From positions 1 to 40,211 of the forward strand of contig DASQGS010000181.1 of NCBI GenBank assembly GCA_035632455.1: DNA of 40,211 nt. Direction: 5' to 3'. The DNA comes from Thermoanaerobaculia bacterium (lineage in GTDB: Bacteria > Acidobacteriota > Thermoanaerobaculia > Gp7-AA8). Positions 1-7,504 of the stretch are shown piece after piece (position 1 is the first letter of the stretch; each line of letters starts with the position of its first letter). The position numbers and the translations under genes were made by a program. A model generated the notes under the pieces. That model ran no database searches and was not told the DNA's origin. It saw only the letters and a program-made list of their open reading frames with translations.

Positions 1-270
1 GTTCGCCGCGGCGATGGAGCCGAATAGAAAGGGATCGTCGACGATCGGCGTAAAGAAGTCGACCGTCTGCACGATCGCCAGATCACCCTCGATGCGAAGC
101 ACGGCGGCGTCGTCGTTCGTGTTGTGGCCGACGACAAGATCCCCCAGCCCTTCGCTCGGAGGGAGTTTCGACAGAACCGAGTGCAGGTCATCCTGACCCA
201 GCTTGCACGCTCAACCGCCGGTCGTCGCGAACGACGACAATGGCGGATACGACTTGATCTTGCGCTTCAC
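1..270 (-). CDS. selD: Selenide, water dikinase (selenophosphate synthetase) SelD, first 90 codons; continues past position 1; in-frame TGA at 211-213 read as selenocysteine
   Basis: Minus-strand frame from GTG at 270 reads MKRKIKSYPPLSSFATTGG-[TGA]-ACKLGQDDLHSVLSKLPPSEGLGDLVVGHNTNDDAAVLRIEGDLAIVQTVDFFTPIVDDPFLFGSIAAAN. This matches the SelD N-terminus (E. coli [23 protein letters not shown] ... DDAAV ... [21 protein letters not shown]). The TGA aligns with catalytic Cys17, and the Lys three residues later is conserved. Absent from the ORF track because of the TGA and the window edge. Confidence 0.8.
181..208 (-). promoter_or_regulatory. Candidate SECIS hairpin immediately 3' of the selD UGA
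   Basis: RNA after the UGA is GC-GUGCA-AGCUG-GGUCA-GGA-UGACC-UGCAC. It forms two 5-bp helices (GUGCA/UGCAC and GGUCA/UGACC) starting 2 nt after the UGA, with the apical loop about 20 nt downstream. The position fits a bacterial SECIS, but the loop is small and no covariance model was run. Confidence 0.3.
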
Positions 271-314
271 TCGGGAATCTTACCGCGCGAGGTGGCTACA
301 GAATGCGAGGAAAG

Positions 315-402
315 CGGCTCACGCGAAGACGCGAAGGCGCGAAGCGAAGAAACCCTCAGAGCCATCTCGGGCACTAACACCTTCGTGTCTTCGCGTGAGC
401 CG
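315..402. repeat. Long hairpin, family CACGCGAAGACGCGAAGG, between the small ORF stop and the selD start
   Basis: CGGCTCACGCGAAGACGCGAAGG (315-337) is the reverse complement of CCTTCGTGTCTTCGCGTGAGCCG (380-402) apart from one G-T position, giving a 23-bp stem and a 42-nt loop. The left arm is built from 8-mers (ACGCGAAG ACGCGAAG GCGCGAAG). Nucleotides 317-343 are identical to 28748-28774. Confidence 0.85.
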
Positions 403-404
403 GG

Positions 405-668
405 TCATTCTCCAGTCACGGTCGCGTGCGCTGCCTCGCAGGCCGCGAGGATCTCCTGGTAGAGGTAGAAGGCGAGCTCGGGATCGATGGGCTCGGCGCT
501 GCCGCGGTTCACGATCTCTGCGATCTGCGAGGCGTAGTAGGACGCCGGCGGCAGGCGGTCTCCGCCGTCGCGCAAAATGCGAAATCCCACCGTCAACTCC
601 TCTTCGAGCTCCCTACGGAATGCTCCGCTCTCGAGGTCGTGGGCCAGGTTCGCGTAATCGACATTCAT
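405..668 (-). CDS. Hypothetical small protein (87 aa)
   Basis: Internal ATG at 668 of ORF 405..758 (MNVDYANLAHDLESGAFRRELEEEL...). It starts 27 nt after the stop of the upstream metalloprotease-like gene on the same strand. No recognisable family. Confidence 0.5.
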   Translation of the reverse strand: MNVDYANLAHDLESGAFRRELEEELTVGFRILRDGGDRLPPASYYASQIAEIVNRGSAEPIDPELAFYLYQEILAACEAAHATVTGE

Positions 669-694
669 GGCACGAGCAGAGCCGCGGCGGCCCG

Positions 695-1858
695 TTACTC
701 CTTCGCTCCGATTCTCGCCAGCACCGAGGGATCGGCGCCGTAGGCCACGCCGGCCCATGTGCCATTTCGCTGCGATCGGGCATCGATCCCACGGTCGCGG
801 AGAAACGCTAGATACGCCTGGAGGAACGTCGCCGCGTCAGCCTCGCTTTCCCACTGCGTCAAGACCAGCACGCTGGTCTCGCAGCGCGCATTCTGAACGA
901 CCGTCGCGCTGTCGCTGACCCACCCCGTCGACGCCGCCTCGCCGAGGAGGAAGCGCCAATGAAACTCGCCGAGATGCTCCACGACAAGCGTCCCGGGGAT
1001 GGTTGGTGGCAAATTGGACGGCACCGCTTTCGGGTCAGCGGCGACACGCGCAAAATACTCCGCGGGATGGAGGATCTCGCGCGTGGTTCGCGGCGGGTTC
1101 GCGTGGACGCGATCGAGTGCCGCCCATCCGCCGCGACGATATGCGTCGATCACGAACGCCAGCCCGTCGAGGTAGGGAAATTTCATGGATTCGACGAAGT
1201 ATCGCGGAGAGCCGGCGGGGATCGTTCGATCGGACGCGCCGGCGTTCTTGAGGGCATTCAGCAAAAAGTCGTTCTGCATCACCTCGTCCAGCGAACGTCC
1301 GCCCTTGTCGAGAATCGCCGCCATCATCACCAGGGACGCCTCGCCCTCGATCAGCGAATCGTAGGCCAGCTCGGCGTCCCAATCTCCCTGAATCCGTTCC
1401 AGTTTCTCGCCTGCGCCGAAGCGCTGATCCTGGAGCGCGTGCGTGAGCTCGTGAACGGCGACGCTCTCCTCGAGCATCGGCAGCTCCGCGCCCTCGAGCG
1501 CGGGAGGCGGTTTGTCCAACGAATAGAAGACGTGCGCCAAAGGATCGTAGAACGCGAGAATCTGCTCCTGATACAGGTCGAGGAGCTTATCGAGAAGATG
1601 GGGATCGTCATCCACGAGCTGCAGAGCGCGGAGGACCACGATGTAGTCATCCGGCGAGACCGGCATGCTCTTGAGCATCTGCTGCCTGAGGATGGCCGGA
1701 AGCTCCTCGCGCGTGACGGTGCGATGATCGACTTTGTGGAGAAACGAGCGCTGGCGCAGCCGCTCGACGGTGCGGATCTCGCTGCTCAGATCGGACGCTT
1801 GCGCCGCCGCGGCAGCGAGAAGGATCGAGACCAGAAGGCCTCGCAGGGTCACGGACAT
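695..1858 (-). CDS. Secreted HExxH zinc-metalloprotease-like protein
   Basis: ORF 695..1930. The likely start is ATG at 1858 (MSVTLRGLLVSILLAAAAAQA, a signal peptide). An HELTH (HExxH) motif lies in VAVHELTHALQDQRFG. Exact family not recognised. Confidence 0.7.
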   Translation of the reverse strand: MSVTLRGLLVSILLAAAAAQASDLSSEIRTVERLRQRSFLHKVDHRTVTREELPAILRQQMLKSMPVSPDDYIVVLRALQLVDDDPHLLDKLLDLYQEQILAFYDPLAHVFYSLDKPPPALEGAELPMLEESVAVHELTHALQDQRFGAGEKLERIQGDWDAELAYDSLIEGEASLVMMAAILDKGGRSLDEVMQNDFLLNALKNAGASDRTIPAGSPRYFVESMKFPYLDGLAFVIDAYRRGGWAALDRVHANPPRTTREILHPAEYFARVAADPKAVPSNLPPTIPGTLVVEHLGEFHWRFLLGEAASTGWVSDSATVVQNARCETSVLVLTQWESEADAATFLQAYLAFLRDRGIDARSQRNGTWAGVAYGADPSVLARIGAKE

Positions 1859-1907
1859 GCGCTGCTCAACGATTCGGTGTCGGACTCTCATTCCGGCCCG
1901 TTTTTCC

Positions 1908-1937
1908 TTGAAAGCCCGTCTTTGCCTCACTTAGAAT
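1908..1937 (+). promoter_or_regulatory. Candidate sigma-70-type promoter for the rsbW-like gene
   Basis: TTGAAA (1908-1913), an 18-nt spacer, then TAGAAT (1932-1937). The -10 element ends 17 nt before ATG 1955. It lies in the divergent spacer shared with the metalloprotease-like gene. Confidence 0.3.
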
Positions 1938-1954
1938 GCCCGGACCATCACTCC

Positions 1955-2407
1955 ATGGAACGTGACGACGAGAGGATCGAGATTACCATCAGCAGCCGGT
2001 TCGAGAACATCGAGCTGGTGCAGGTGATCGCGGAACATCTCTGCGAGAATTCCGGCGTGGATGAGGATGGGTCGCACTGGATCGGTATGGCTGTGCGGGA
2101 GGCGGTGGCGAACGCCATCAAGCACGGCAACAAGCTCGACATCCGAAAGAAGGTTCAAGCCACATTCGACCTGCATGGAAGCGAGCTGGAGATCCGCATC
2201 TCCGACGAGGGCGACGGGTTCGATCCCTCCGCCGTCGGCGATCCCCTGAACCCGCAGAACCTGATGAAGACGAGCGGACGGGGGATTTTCTACATGAAGA
2301 CGTTCATGGACCAGGTCGAGTACAGCTTCTCTCAGGGCGGCGGGACGTCGCTCATCATGACCAAGAATCTTGCAAAGAGCACCGGTATCGCAAACAGCAA
2401 AGCCTGA
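1955..2407 (+). CDS. Anti-sigma regulatory factor / serine protein kinase (RsbW/SpoIIAB-like, HATPase_c)
   Basis: C-terminal 150 aa of ORF 959..2407, starting at ATG 1955: MERDDERIEITISSRFENIELVQVIAEHL...AVREAVANAIKHGN...IRISDEGDGFDP...SGRGIFYMKTFMD. These are the N-, G1- and G2-box pattern of RsbW-type kinases. The upstream part of the ORF is antisense to the metalloprotease-like gene. Confidence 0.85.
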   Translation: MERDDERIEITISSRFENIELVQVIAEHLCENSGVDEDGSHWIGMAVREAVANAIKHGNKLDIRKKVQATFDLHGSELEIRISDEGDGFDPSAVGDPLNPQNLMKTSGRGIFYMKTFMDQVEYSFSQGGGTSLIMTKNLAKSTGIANSKA

Positions 2408-2455
2408 TATCCTCTCCGCCCTGGGCCGGGGACGTGAATCAAAGGAGAATAGACA

Positions 2456-2791
2456 ATGAAAGCCACTAGTCGAGAAGTAGCCGGAGTCGTGATCATCAGC
2501 CTGCAGGGCAAGATCATGATCGGCTCGGGCGACTCCCAACTGCGCGAAGCCATCACCGATGCGCTGAACAGTGGGAAGACCAAAATCCTCCTGGACATGA
2601 GCGGAGTCACGACCATCGACTCGTCCGGCATCGGCGAGTTGGTCGGCTCCTTCACCACCGTGACGAATCGCGGCGGGAAGTTGAAGCTCCTTCACCTCCC
2701 GGCCAAGCTCAACGAGTTGCTTCACGTAACCCAGCTCATCACCGTGTTCGAGGTGTACGAGAGCGAGGAAGAAGGCATCAAGAGCTTCTAG
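2456..2791 (+). CDS. STAS-domain anti-sigma-factor antagonist (RsbV/SpoIIAA-like)
   Basis: 111 aa: ...VVIISLQGKIMIGSGDSQLREAI...KILLDMSGVTTIDSSGIGELVG.... A conserved phosphorylatable Ser lies in the DSSG motif. AAAGGAG ribosome-binding site upstream. Confidence 0.9.
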   Translation: MKATSREVAGVVIISLQGKIMIGSGDSQLREAITDALNSGKTKILLDMSGVTTIDSSGIGELVGSFTTVTNRGGKLKLLHLPAKLNELLHVTQLITVFEVYESEEEGIKSF

Positions 2792-2819
2792 CCGCGGGAT
2801 TACGCCGAGTCTCACCGAA

Positions 2820-2846
2820 GCGGGGGCGTCGGCCTCCGCTTTTTCA
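2820..2846 (+). terminator. Rho-independent terminator after the STAS gene
   Basis: GCGGGGGC (2820-2827), loop GTCG, GCCTCCGC (2832-2839): an 8-bp stem with one G-U pair, followed by TTTTT (2840-2844). Confidence 0.6.
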
Positions 2847-3230
2847 TTTGAGCCCGCACCAGGTCTGCGCCTCCCGGGGCGTGATGCCGTCCAGCCGCCG
2901 TAGGCGCAGCAGCGCTGGGCCGAGCCCTGCACGGATCGCCAGCCAATGCGTGGCCGCGCGTGATGGCCCGCCGCCTCCGGCGAGACTCCGAAATACCCAA
3001 GCCATCCGTAGGAAAACGCCGATCGGCGGCTAAGACGGCTCGCACAGGCCGCGCAATCGTAACTCGTTTGTTTTACGTCTGTTAACGAGTCTCGCGGCTT
3101 GTAGGCATTTGCCCCACTCTCATATCGAAGGGTGGCAATCGTCACGGGCCGAAGTGCGAAACGCTACGTCCCGCCGGATTTTTTGGGGCGAACCTGCGCC
3201 GATATCAACATCAGGTCTGTATTTACGCAA

Positions 3231-4982
3231 ATGCCTACAAATGCAGCACTTAATGACGTATCGACCATCATGAATTCCTTCGTATTCATGTTGCCGTCGA
3301 TGCAGCACACCATCCGCCCGGTGATGTTGAGCCCCGTCGACCCTGAGGTTCTTCCATTTCTCGCCGTTCTGATAGCCGTTCTGCTCGTGGTCATGGCCCG
3401 GCGCGAGCGTTTCGCACATCTCAGCGGAGCCCAGCGATTGCATGGCATGGCGCCCCTCTCGACCGGCGTGCCGGTTCTGGCGATCGGCGCCGGAGAGGCA
3501 TTCAGCGCACGTCCTGAGCGCGAACCAGAGATCCCTTCGCACGAGACCAGCGACGCGCTCGCCGATCTCGTCACCCTCTCCGGCGATTGGGTGTGGGAGT
3601 GCGATGCCGAGGGACGCTACACGTTCGCGGGAACGCAGATTCACGAGATCCTCGGCTATGCGCCGGAAGAGGTCATCGGAAAGACGGCGTGCGACCTTGC
3701 TCTGCCCGAGGAAACTCGGCGGATTCGAAGCCTCCTCCTTCCATTGCTCAGAAGCCCGCGATCCTTCGCCCGAATCGAAGTGACCGCCCTCCATCGCGAT
3801 GGCCGGCCGGTTCTGCTGGAAGTCAGCGGCATGCCATTGATCGGCTCGGGCGGTCAAGCGAACGGCTATCGCGGCCTGGTGCGCGACGTGACTGAGCTGG
3901 AGGCGCACAAGCGGGAACGACAACTCCTTGCGATGGCCATCGAGAACGCCGGCGACGTCGTCATAATCACCGACCGCGAGGGGAGGATCGAATACGTAAA
4001 TCCGGCTTTCGAGACCGTCACCGGCTATCGCCGCAAGGACATCGAGGGCGCGACGCCTCGGATTCTGAAAAGCGGCCGGCAACCGGCTGAGTATTACGAG
4101 AAGATGTGGAGCCGCCTTCTCGCCGGCGAGAACTGGAGCGGCCACTTCGCCAATCTGCGGCGCGACGGCAGTCCCTACTACGCCGATGCAACCGTGTCGC
4201 CGATACTCGATGAGCAGGGTGCGATCACCGGCTTCGTCGCAGTCCAACGCGACGTGACCGAGAAGATGTCCCTTCTCGACCGTCTGCACTCGGCGATGGA
4301 GATGGAGCGGTTCGGGAACCTGGTCAGCGGCGTGGCCCACGAGGTTCGCAATCCTTTAAATGCCATCCAGGCTGCGGTGGGCGCGCTCGAGCTCGAATTC
4401 GGCTCTGAGGCCGAGGCCGGACCGCTGTTCGGCATCGTGCGCTCGCAAGTCGGCCGGCTTGCGCGGCTCATGAGCGATCTGCTGGTCATCGGGAAACCGG
4501 TAGATCAGGCACTTCTTCAAATCAGACCGGTCGCCGAGGTGGTGTCGGAGGCGTTGGCCGTGTGGCGGGAAGCGCATCCCGACGTAAACGAGCGCCGTGT
4601 CCGCTTCACCGCAGGTAGCGGAGCGACCGTCAACGTTGACGTCGCACGCCTGCACCAGGTCGTCGTCAACCTGCTCGACAACGCTCTCCAGCACAGTGAT
4701 TCGGACAGCGAGATCGTCCTCGGTGTCGATGACATCCTGGACCGCTCGCGGATCTTTGTACGCGATGCCGGCTCCGCGGTGATCCCATCGCTCATCGCTC
4801 GGGTATTCGACCCTTTCTTCACCACTCGTCCCGGCGGGACCGGGCTCGGCCTGAGCCTCGTCAAGAGCATCGTCGAGCAGCATGGCGGGACCGTGTCGAT
4901 CCGCAACAACGAGCCACCACCCGGCTGCACCGTGGAGGTAGTTCTTCCGCCGGTGCCCGATAGCGAGAGGAGACGCGCATGA
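3231..4982 (+). CDS. PAS-domain sensor histidine kinase (one TM segment, tandem PAS, HisKA, HATPase_c)
   Basis: ORF 3132..4982. H-box SGVAHEVRNPLNAI. G-boxes DAGSAV and GTGLGLSLVKSIVEQHGG. Two PAS-like segments (WVWECDAEGRYTF..., IENAGDVVIITDREGRIEYVNPAFETVTGY). The start is ambiguous: GTG 3132, ATG 3231 or ATG 3270. Confidence 0.9.
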   Translation: MPTNAALNDVSTIMNSFVFMLPSMQHTIRPVMLSPVDPEVLPFLAVLIAVLLVVMARRERFAHLSGAQRLHGMAPLSTGVPVLAIGAGEAFSARPEREPEIPSHETSDALADLVTLSGDWVWECDAEGRYTFAGTQIHEILGYAPEEVIGKTACDLALPEETRRIRSLLLPLLRSPRSFARIEVTALHRDGRPVLLEVSGMPLIGSGGQANGYRGLVRDVTELEAHKRERQLLAMAIENAGDVVIITDREGRIEYVNPAFETVTGYRRKDIEGATPRILKSGRQPAEYYEKMWSRLLAGENWSGHFANLRRDGSPYYADATVSPILDEQGAITGFVAVQRDVTEKMSLLDRLHSAMEMERFGNLVSGVAHEVRNPLNAIQAAVGALELEFGSEAEAGPLFGIVRSQVGRLARLMSDLLVIGKPVDQALLQIRPVAEVVSEALAVWREAHPDVNERRVRFTAGSGATVNVDVARLHQVVVNLLDNALQHSDSDSEIVLGVDDILDRSRIFVRDAGSAVIPSLIARVFDPFFTTRPGGTGLGLSLVKSIVEQHGGTVSIRNNEPPPGCTVEVVLPPVPDSERRRA

Positions 4983-5359
4983 CGAGCTGCCTTCGCTCGC
5001 GAATTCTAATCGTGGACGACGAGAGCGAGACCGTCGCCGCGCTGGCGCGCCTGTTTCGCAGGCTGGACTGCGACATCGACTCGGCGGGAACGATCGAGGA
5101 AGCATCGCGAACGATCTTGGATCGCGACTATCGGGCCATCGTCACCGATCTTCGCCTCACGCCTGGAACCGGCGAAGAAGGACTGGAGGTCCTTCGGCGC
5201 GCCCGCGAGAAGAACCTCTCCACGGAAGTCATCATCGTCACCGGGTACGGCAATCCATCCCTGATGACGAAGGCCTTCGACCTCGGCGCTGCTTACTACT
5301 TCGAGAAGCCGGTGCATCCGGCTCAGCTCCTCGGAGCGCTGGAGGAGTTGTGTCGGTAG
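4979..5359 (+). CDS. Stand-alone response-regulator receiver protein
   Basis: 126 aa with ILIVDDE...IVTDLRL...VIIVTGYG...YFEKP receiver motifs. Its ATG overlaps the kinase stop (ATGA at 4979-4982). Confidence 0.9.
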   Translation: MTSCLRSRILIVDDESETVAALARLFRRLDCDIDSAGTIEEASRTILDRDYRAIVTDLRLTPGTGEEGLEVLRRAREKNLSTEVIIVTGYGNPSLMTKAFDLGAAYYFEKPVHPAQLLGALEELCR

Positions 5360-6152
5360 TCGTTGGCGCGTCGCAGGATCGAGTCGTCGCCGATCTGGTG
5401 CGGCGAGGCTTTCATTCCGTTGTCTTTCAGCCGATCCGCCGCCTCGACGACGGCACGATCTACGGCTTCGAAGCACTGATGCGCGGACCGACCGGAACGC
5501 TGCTCGCCTCGCCGGGCCGCATTTTCTGCAGATCGAGCATCGACTGGACCCTGCTGCACAAGCTCGATGTGGCCTGCTTCTTCTCCTCGTTGAGGCTGGG
5601 CCGCTTGGCCAGTGTGGAGCAAACCCTGTTCATTAATCTGCACGGCGAGACGCTGTTGCGATACTCAAACGGGGCGGATGAGGTGCGGCGGCTGCTCGAT
5701 CAGCTAGCCATCGCGCCGTCCAGGATCGTCATCGAGCTCTCGGAGATGACCGAGCGCACGCACGTTCGAAGTATCGGCCGGACCCTGCGACCTCTGCGCG
5801 CGGCCGGAGTGCGGCTCGCGCTCGACGATATCGGCGCCCGCTACCCGTGGCTGCACCACATGCTTTGGCTGGAGCCCGATTTCCTGAAGCTCGACCGCAG
5901 CTTCGTGCGCGGCGCAGCCCGATCATCGCGACGGCGCAATCTGATCGTCGGCATGGTCCCGTTCGTCCGAGGCTGCGGCGCGGAGATCATGCCGAGGGTA
6001 TCGAGACGGCAGGCGAGCGCGACGCCCTTCGCGATGCTGGAATCACGCTCGGCCAGGGGTTCCTCCTCGGCTCACCCTTGCCGGTGCAGGAGTGGTTCCC
6101 GGCGGATGCCGCGTCCATGGACCGGACTCGGGTCGCGGGGTTGATGGAATGA
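5350..6152 (+). pseudogene. EAL-domain c-di-GMP phosphodiesterase interrupted by a 1-nt frameshift near 5989-5990
   Basis: Frame A (5350..) carries FQPI...YGFEALMRGP...FINLH...ELSE...LALDDIG...LKLDRSFVRG...LIVGMVPFVRGCGAEI. Frame B (ORF 5847..6152) continues with AEGIETAGERDALRDAGITLGQGFLLGSPLP. Adding one base after ATCAT (5986-5990) restores a complete EAL domain. Confidence 0.8.
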
Positions 6153-6270
6153 GGAATCCTTGGAGCGGCAGGAAGTCTTCGATCGTGGTCTCCTATCTTC
6201 CCTGGATTCGACAGGATGCAATCGAAAACTGTCGGCACAACGGACATAGGAAAATGCCTAAAAGCGCTCC

Positions 6271-6292
6271 AAGGTTACAGTTTCGTAACCTT
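6271..6292. promoter_or_regulatory. Perfect palindrome AAGGTTAC-N6-GTAACCTT upstream of the che operon (candidate operator)
   Basis: AAGGTTAC (6271-6278), AGTTTC, GTAACCTT (6285-6292). It is AT-rich in a GC-rich genome and ends 80 nt upstream of ATG 6372, in the only sizeable spacer before the operon. Confidence 0.4.
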
Positions 6293-6371
6293 TGTGAACT
6301 ACGATGCGCCTGCCGCTACTGACGCTCGTTCCCGCGAGCCGTGAGTGCAACTCCAACGTGAGGAGAAAGAG

Positions 6372-6749
6372 ATGGAAACCCGAAAGAAGATTCTGCTCGT
6401 CGATGACTCGTCGACCATCTTGATGATGGAGCGGATGATCCTGGCCAAGGGTTTGTACGAGCTCATCGTCGCGAAGGACGGCGAAGAGGCGGTGACCAAA
6501 GCGGTGACAGAGCGGCCGGACCTGATTCTCATGGACGTGATCATGCCGAAGATGAATGGCTTCGAAGCCTGCCGGAAGATCCGCCAGCACGGCGAGATCG
6601 GAGAGACGCCGATCATCATGGTCACCACGCGCGGCGAGGGGGCGAACGTCGAGACCGGGTTCGAGAGTGGCTGCAACGACTACGTCACCAAGCCCATCAA
6701 CAGCCTGGAGCTCCTCGCCAAAGTGCGGAGCTACCTCAGTACGCACTAG
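6372..6749 (+). CDS. CheY-like single-domain response regulator
   Basis: METRKKILLVDDSSTILMMERMIL...DLILMDVIMPKMNGFEACRKIR...PIIMVTT...DYVTKP. GAGGAGAAAGAG ribosome-binding site directly before ATG 6372, which is internal to ORF 6345..6749. Confidence 0.9.
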   Translation: METRKKILLVDDSSTILMMERMILAKGLYELIVAKDGEEAVTKAVTERPDLILMDVIMPKMNGFEACRKIRQHGEIGETPIIMVTTRGEGANVETGFESGCNDYVTKPINSLELLAKVRSYLSTH

Positions 6750-6763
6750 GAGACCGTCCGGTC

Positions 6764-7504
6764 ATGTCCAGCGACTCTCACGAGAAATACGTTCACCGCG
6801 TCCAGGAAGAGACGAAGCGGTACACCCACGATCTGCTCGCCGAGAACCAGCGGCTGCAATTGATCGCTGAACGGCTGGAGAAGGAGTGCCGCCTTCTCGA
6901 AGAGGAAGTGGCGAGGCGCAGAGCGGAGCGCCTGCAGTTGTTGGAGCAGCTCCGCACGTTCGAGGATCAGAGCAGGACCTTCGCCGAACAGTACACCGAG
7001 GTCGAGCAGCAGAACGCCAATCTGGCGAATCTTTACGTGGCCAGCTATCGCCTGCACTCCACGCTCGACAAGAGCGAAGTGCTCGCCGCGATCCAGGAGA
7101 TCATCATCAATCTCATCGGATCGGAGGAGATCGCGATCTTTGAGCGCGCCGAAGGGAGCGACATGCTCTCGCTCGTCGCATCCGTGGGCGTCGATGAAGC
7201 GGAGTACTCGGCCGTCCGCCTCGGTCGCGGAGTCATCGGATCGGCGGCTGCAACGGGCGAGATCTACATCCGAACAAACGGAGCGGCCGCTGTCCAGGAG
7301 AACACCGGGCTGACGGCTTGCATCCCTCTGGTGCTTCAGGGACGCGTGCTTGGAGTCGTCGCGGTGTTCCGGCTTCTCCAGCAGAAGAGCGGCGTGGAGG
7401 CCATCGATCGGGAGTTGTTCGATCTATTGGGCACTCACGCGGCCGTTGCCCTTTATTGCACGACGTTGCACGCCCAGATTGCGGGAGCGGCGCTGGCATC
7501 ATGA
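6764..7504 (+). CDS. Coiled-coil plus GAF-domain protein
   Basis: 246 aa. The N-terminal ~90 aa are heptad-rich and charged (LLAENQRLQLIAERLEKECRLLEEEVARRRAERLQLLEQL). The C-terminal part is GAF-like (VLAAIQEIIINLIGSEEIAIF...GVIGSAAATGEIY...IPLVLQGRVLGVVAVF). Confidence 0.8.
   Translation: MSSDSHEKYVHRVQEETKRYTHDLLAENQRLQLIAERLEKECRLLEEEVARRRAERLQLLEQLRTFEDQSRTFAEQYTEVEQQNANLANLYVASYRLHSTLDKSEVLAAIQEIIINLIGSEEIAIFERAEGSDMLSLVASVGVDEAEYSAVRLGRGVIGSAAATGEIYIRTNGAAAVQENTGLTACIPLVLQGRVLGVVAVFRLLQQKSGVEAIDRELFDLLGTHAAVALYCTTLHAQIAGAALAS

Noticed and set aside
959-1954. N-terminal 330 codons of ORF 959..2407, and the other long ORFs antisense to real genes (1931..3145, 3120..4340, 4356..5105, 15098..16054, 16036..16833, 16848..17753, 18056..19135, 18207..19043, 19968..20747, 25440..26312, 32752..33702, 34173..35192, 36172..37227)
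   Set aside because: Each overlaps, on the opposite strand or in another frame, a gene with clear family motifs. Their compositions are Arg/Gly/Pro-rich and low in complexity. Only the RsbW-like C-terminal part of 959..2407 is coding.
2847-3230. About 380 nt without an annotated gene between the STAS terminator and the PAS kinase. It includes small ORFs on both strands (2848..3033, 2812..3045, and an unlisted ~52-codon minus-strand frame ending at about 2848) and a 7-bp AT-rich hairpin, ACTCGTT-N15-AACGAGT, at 3062-3090
   Set aside because: None of the frames shows a recognisable motif, a convincing start context or a coding-like composition. It may be a decayed gene remnant or a long 5' region of the kinase. 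The hairpin is too short to call.
5986-5993. Programmed ribosomal frameshift in the EAL gene
   Set aside because: There is no slippery heptamer, homopolymer run or downstream structure at the switch point. A mutation or an assembly indel is more parsimonious.
6225-6250. Sigma-54-type promoter (GGCAC at 6233-6237) upstream of the che operon
   Set aside because: The GGCAC is not followed by a TTGC/TGC element at the required 4-5-nt spacing, so it does not fit the -24/-12 consensus.
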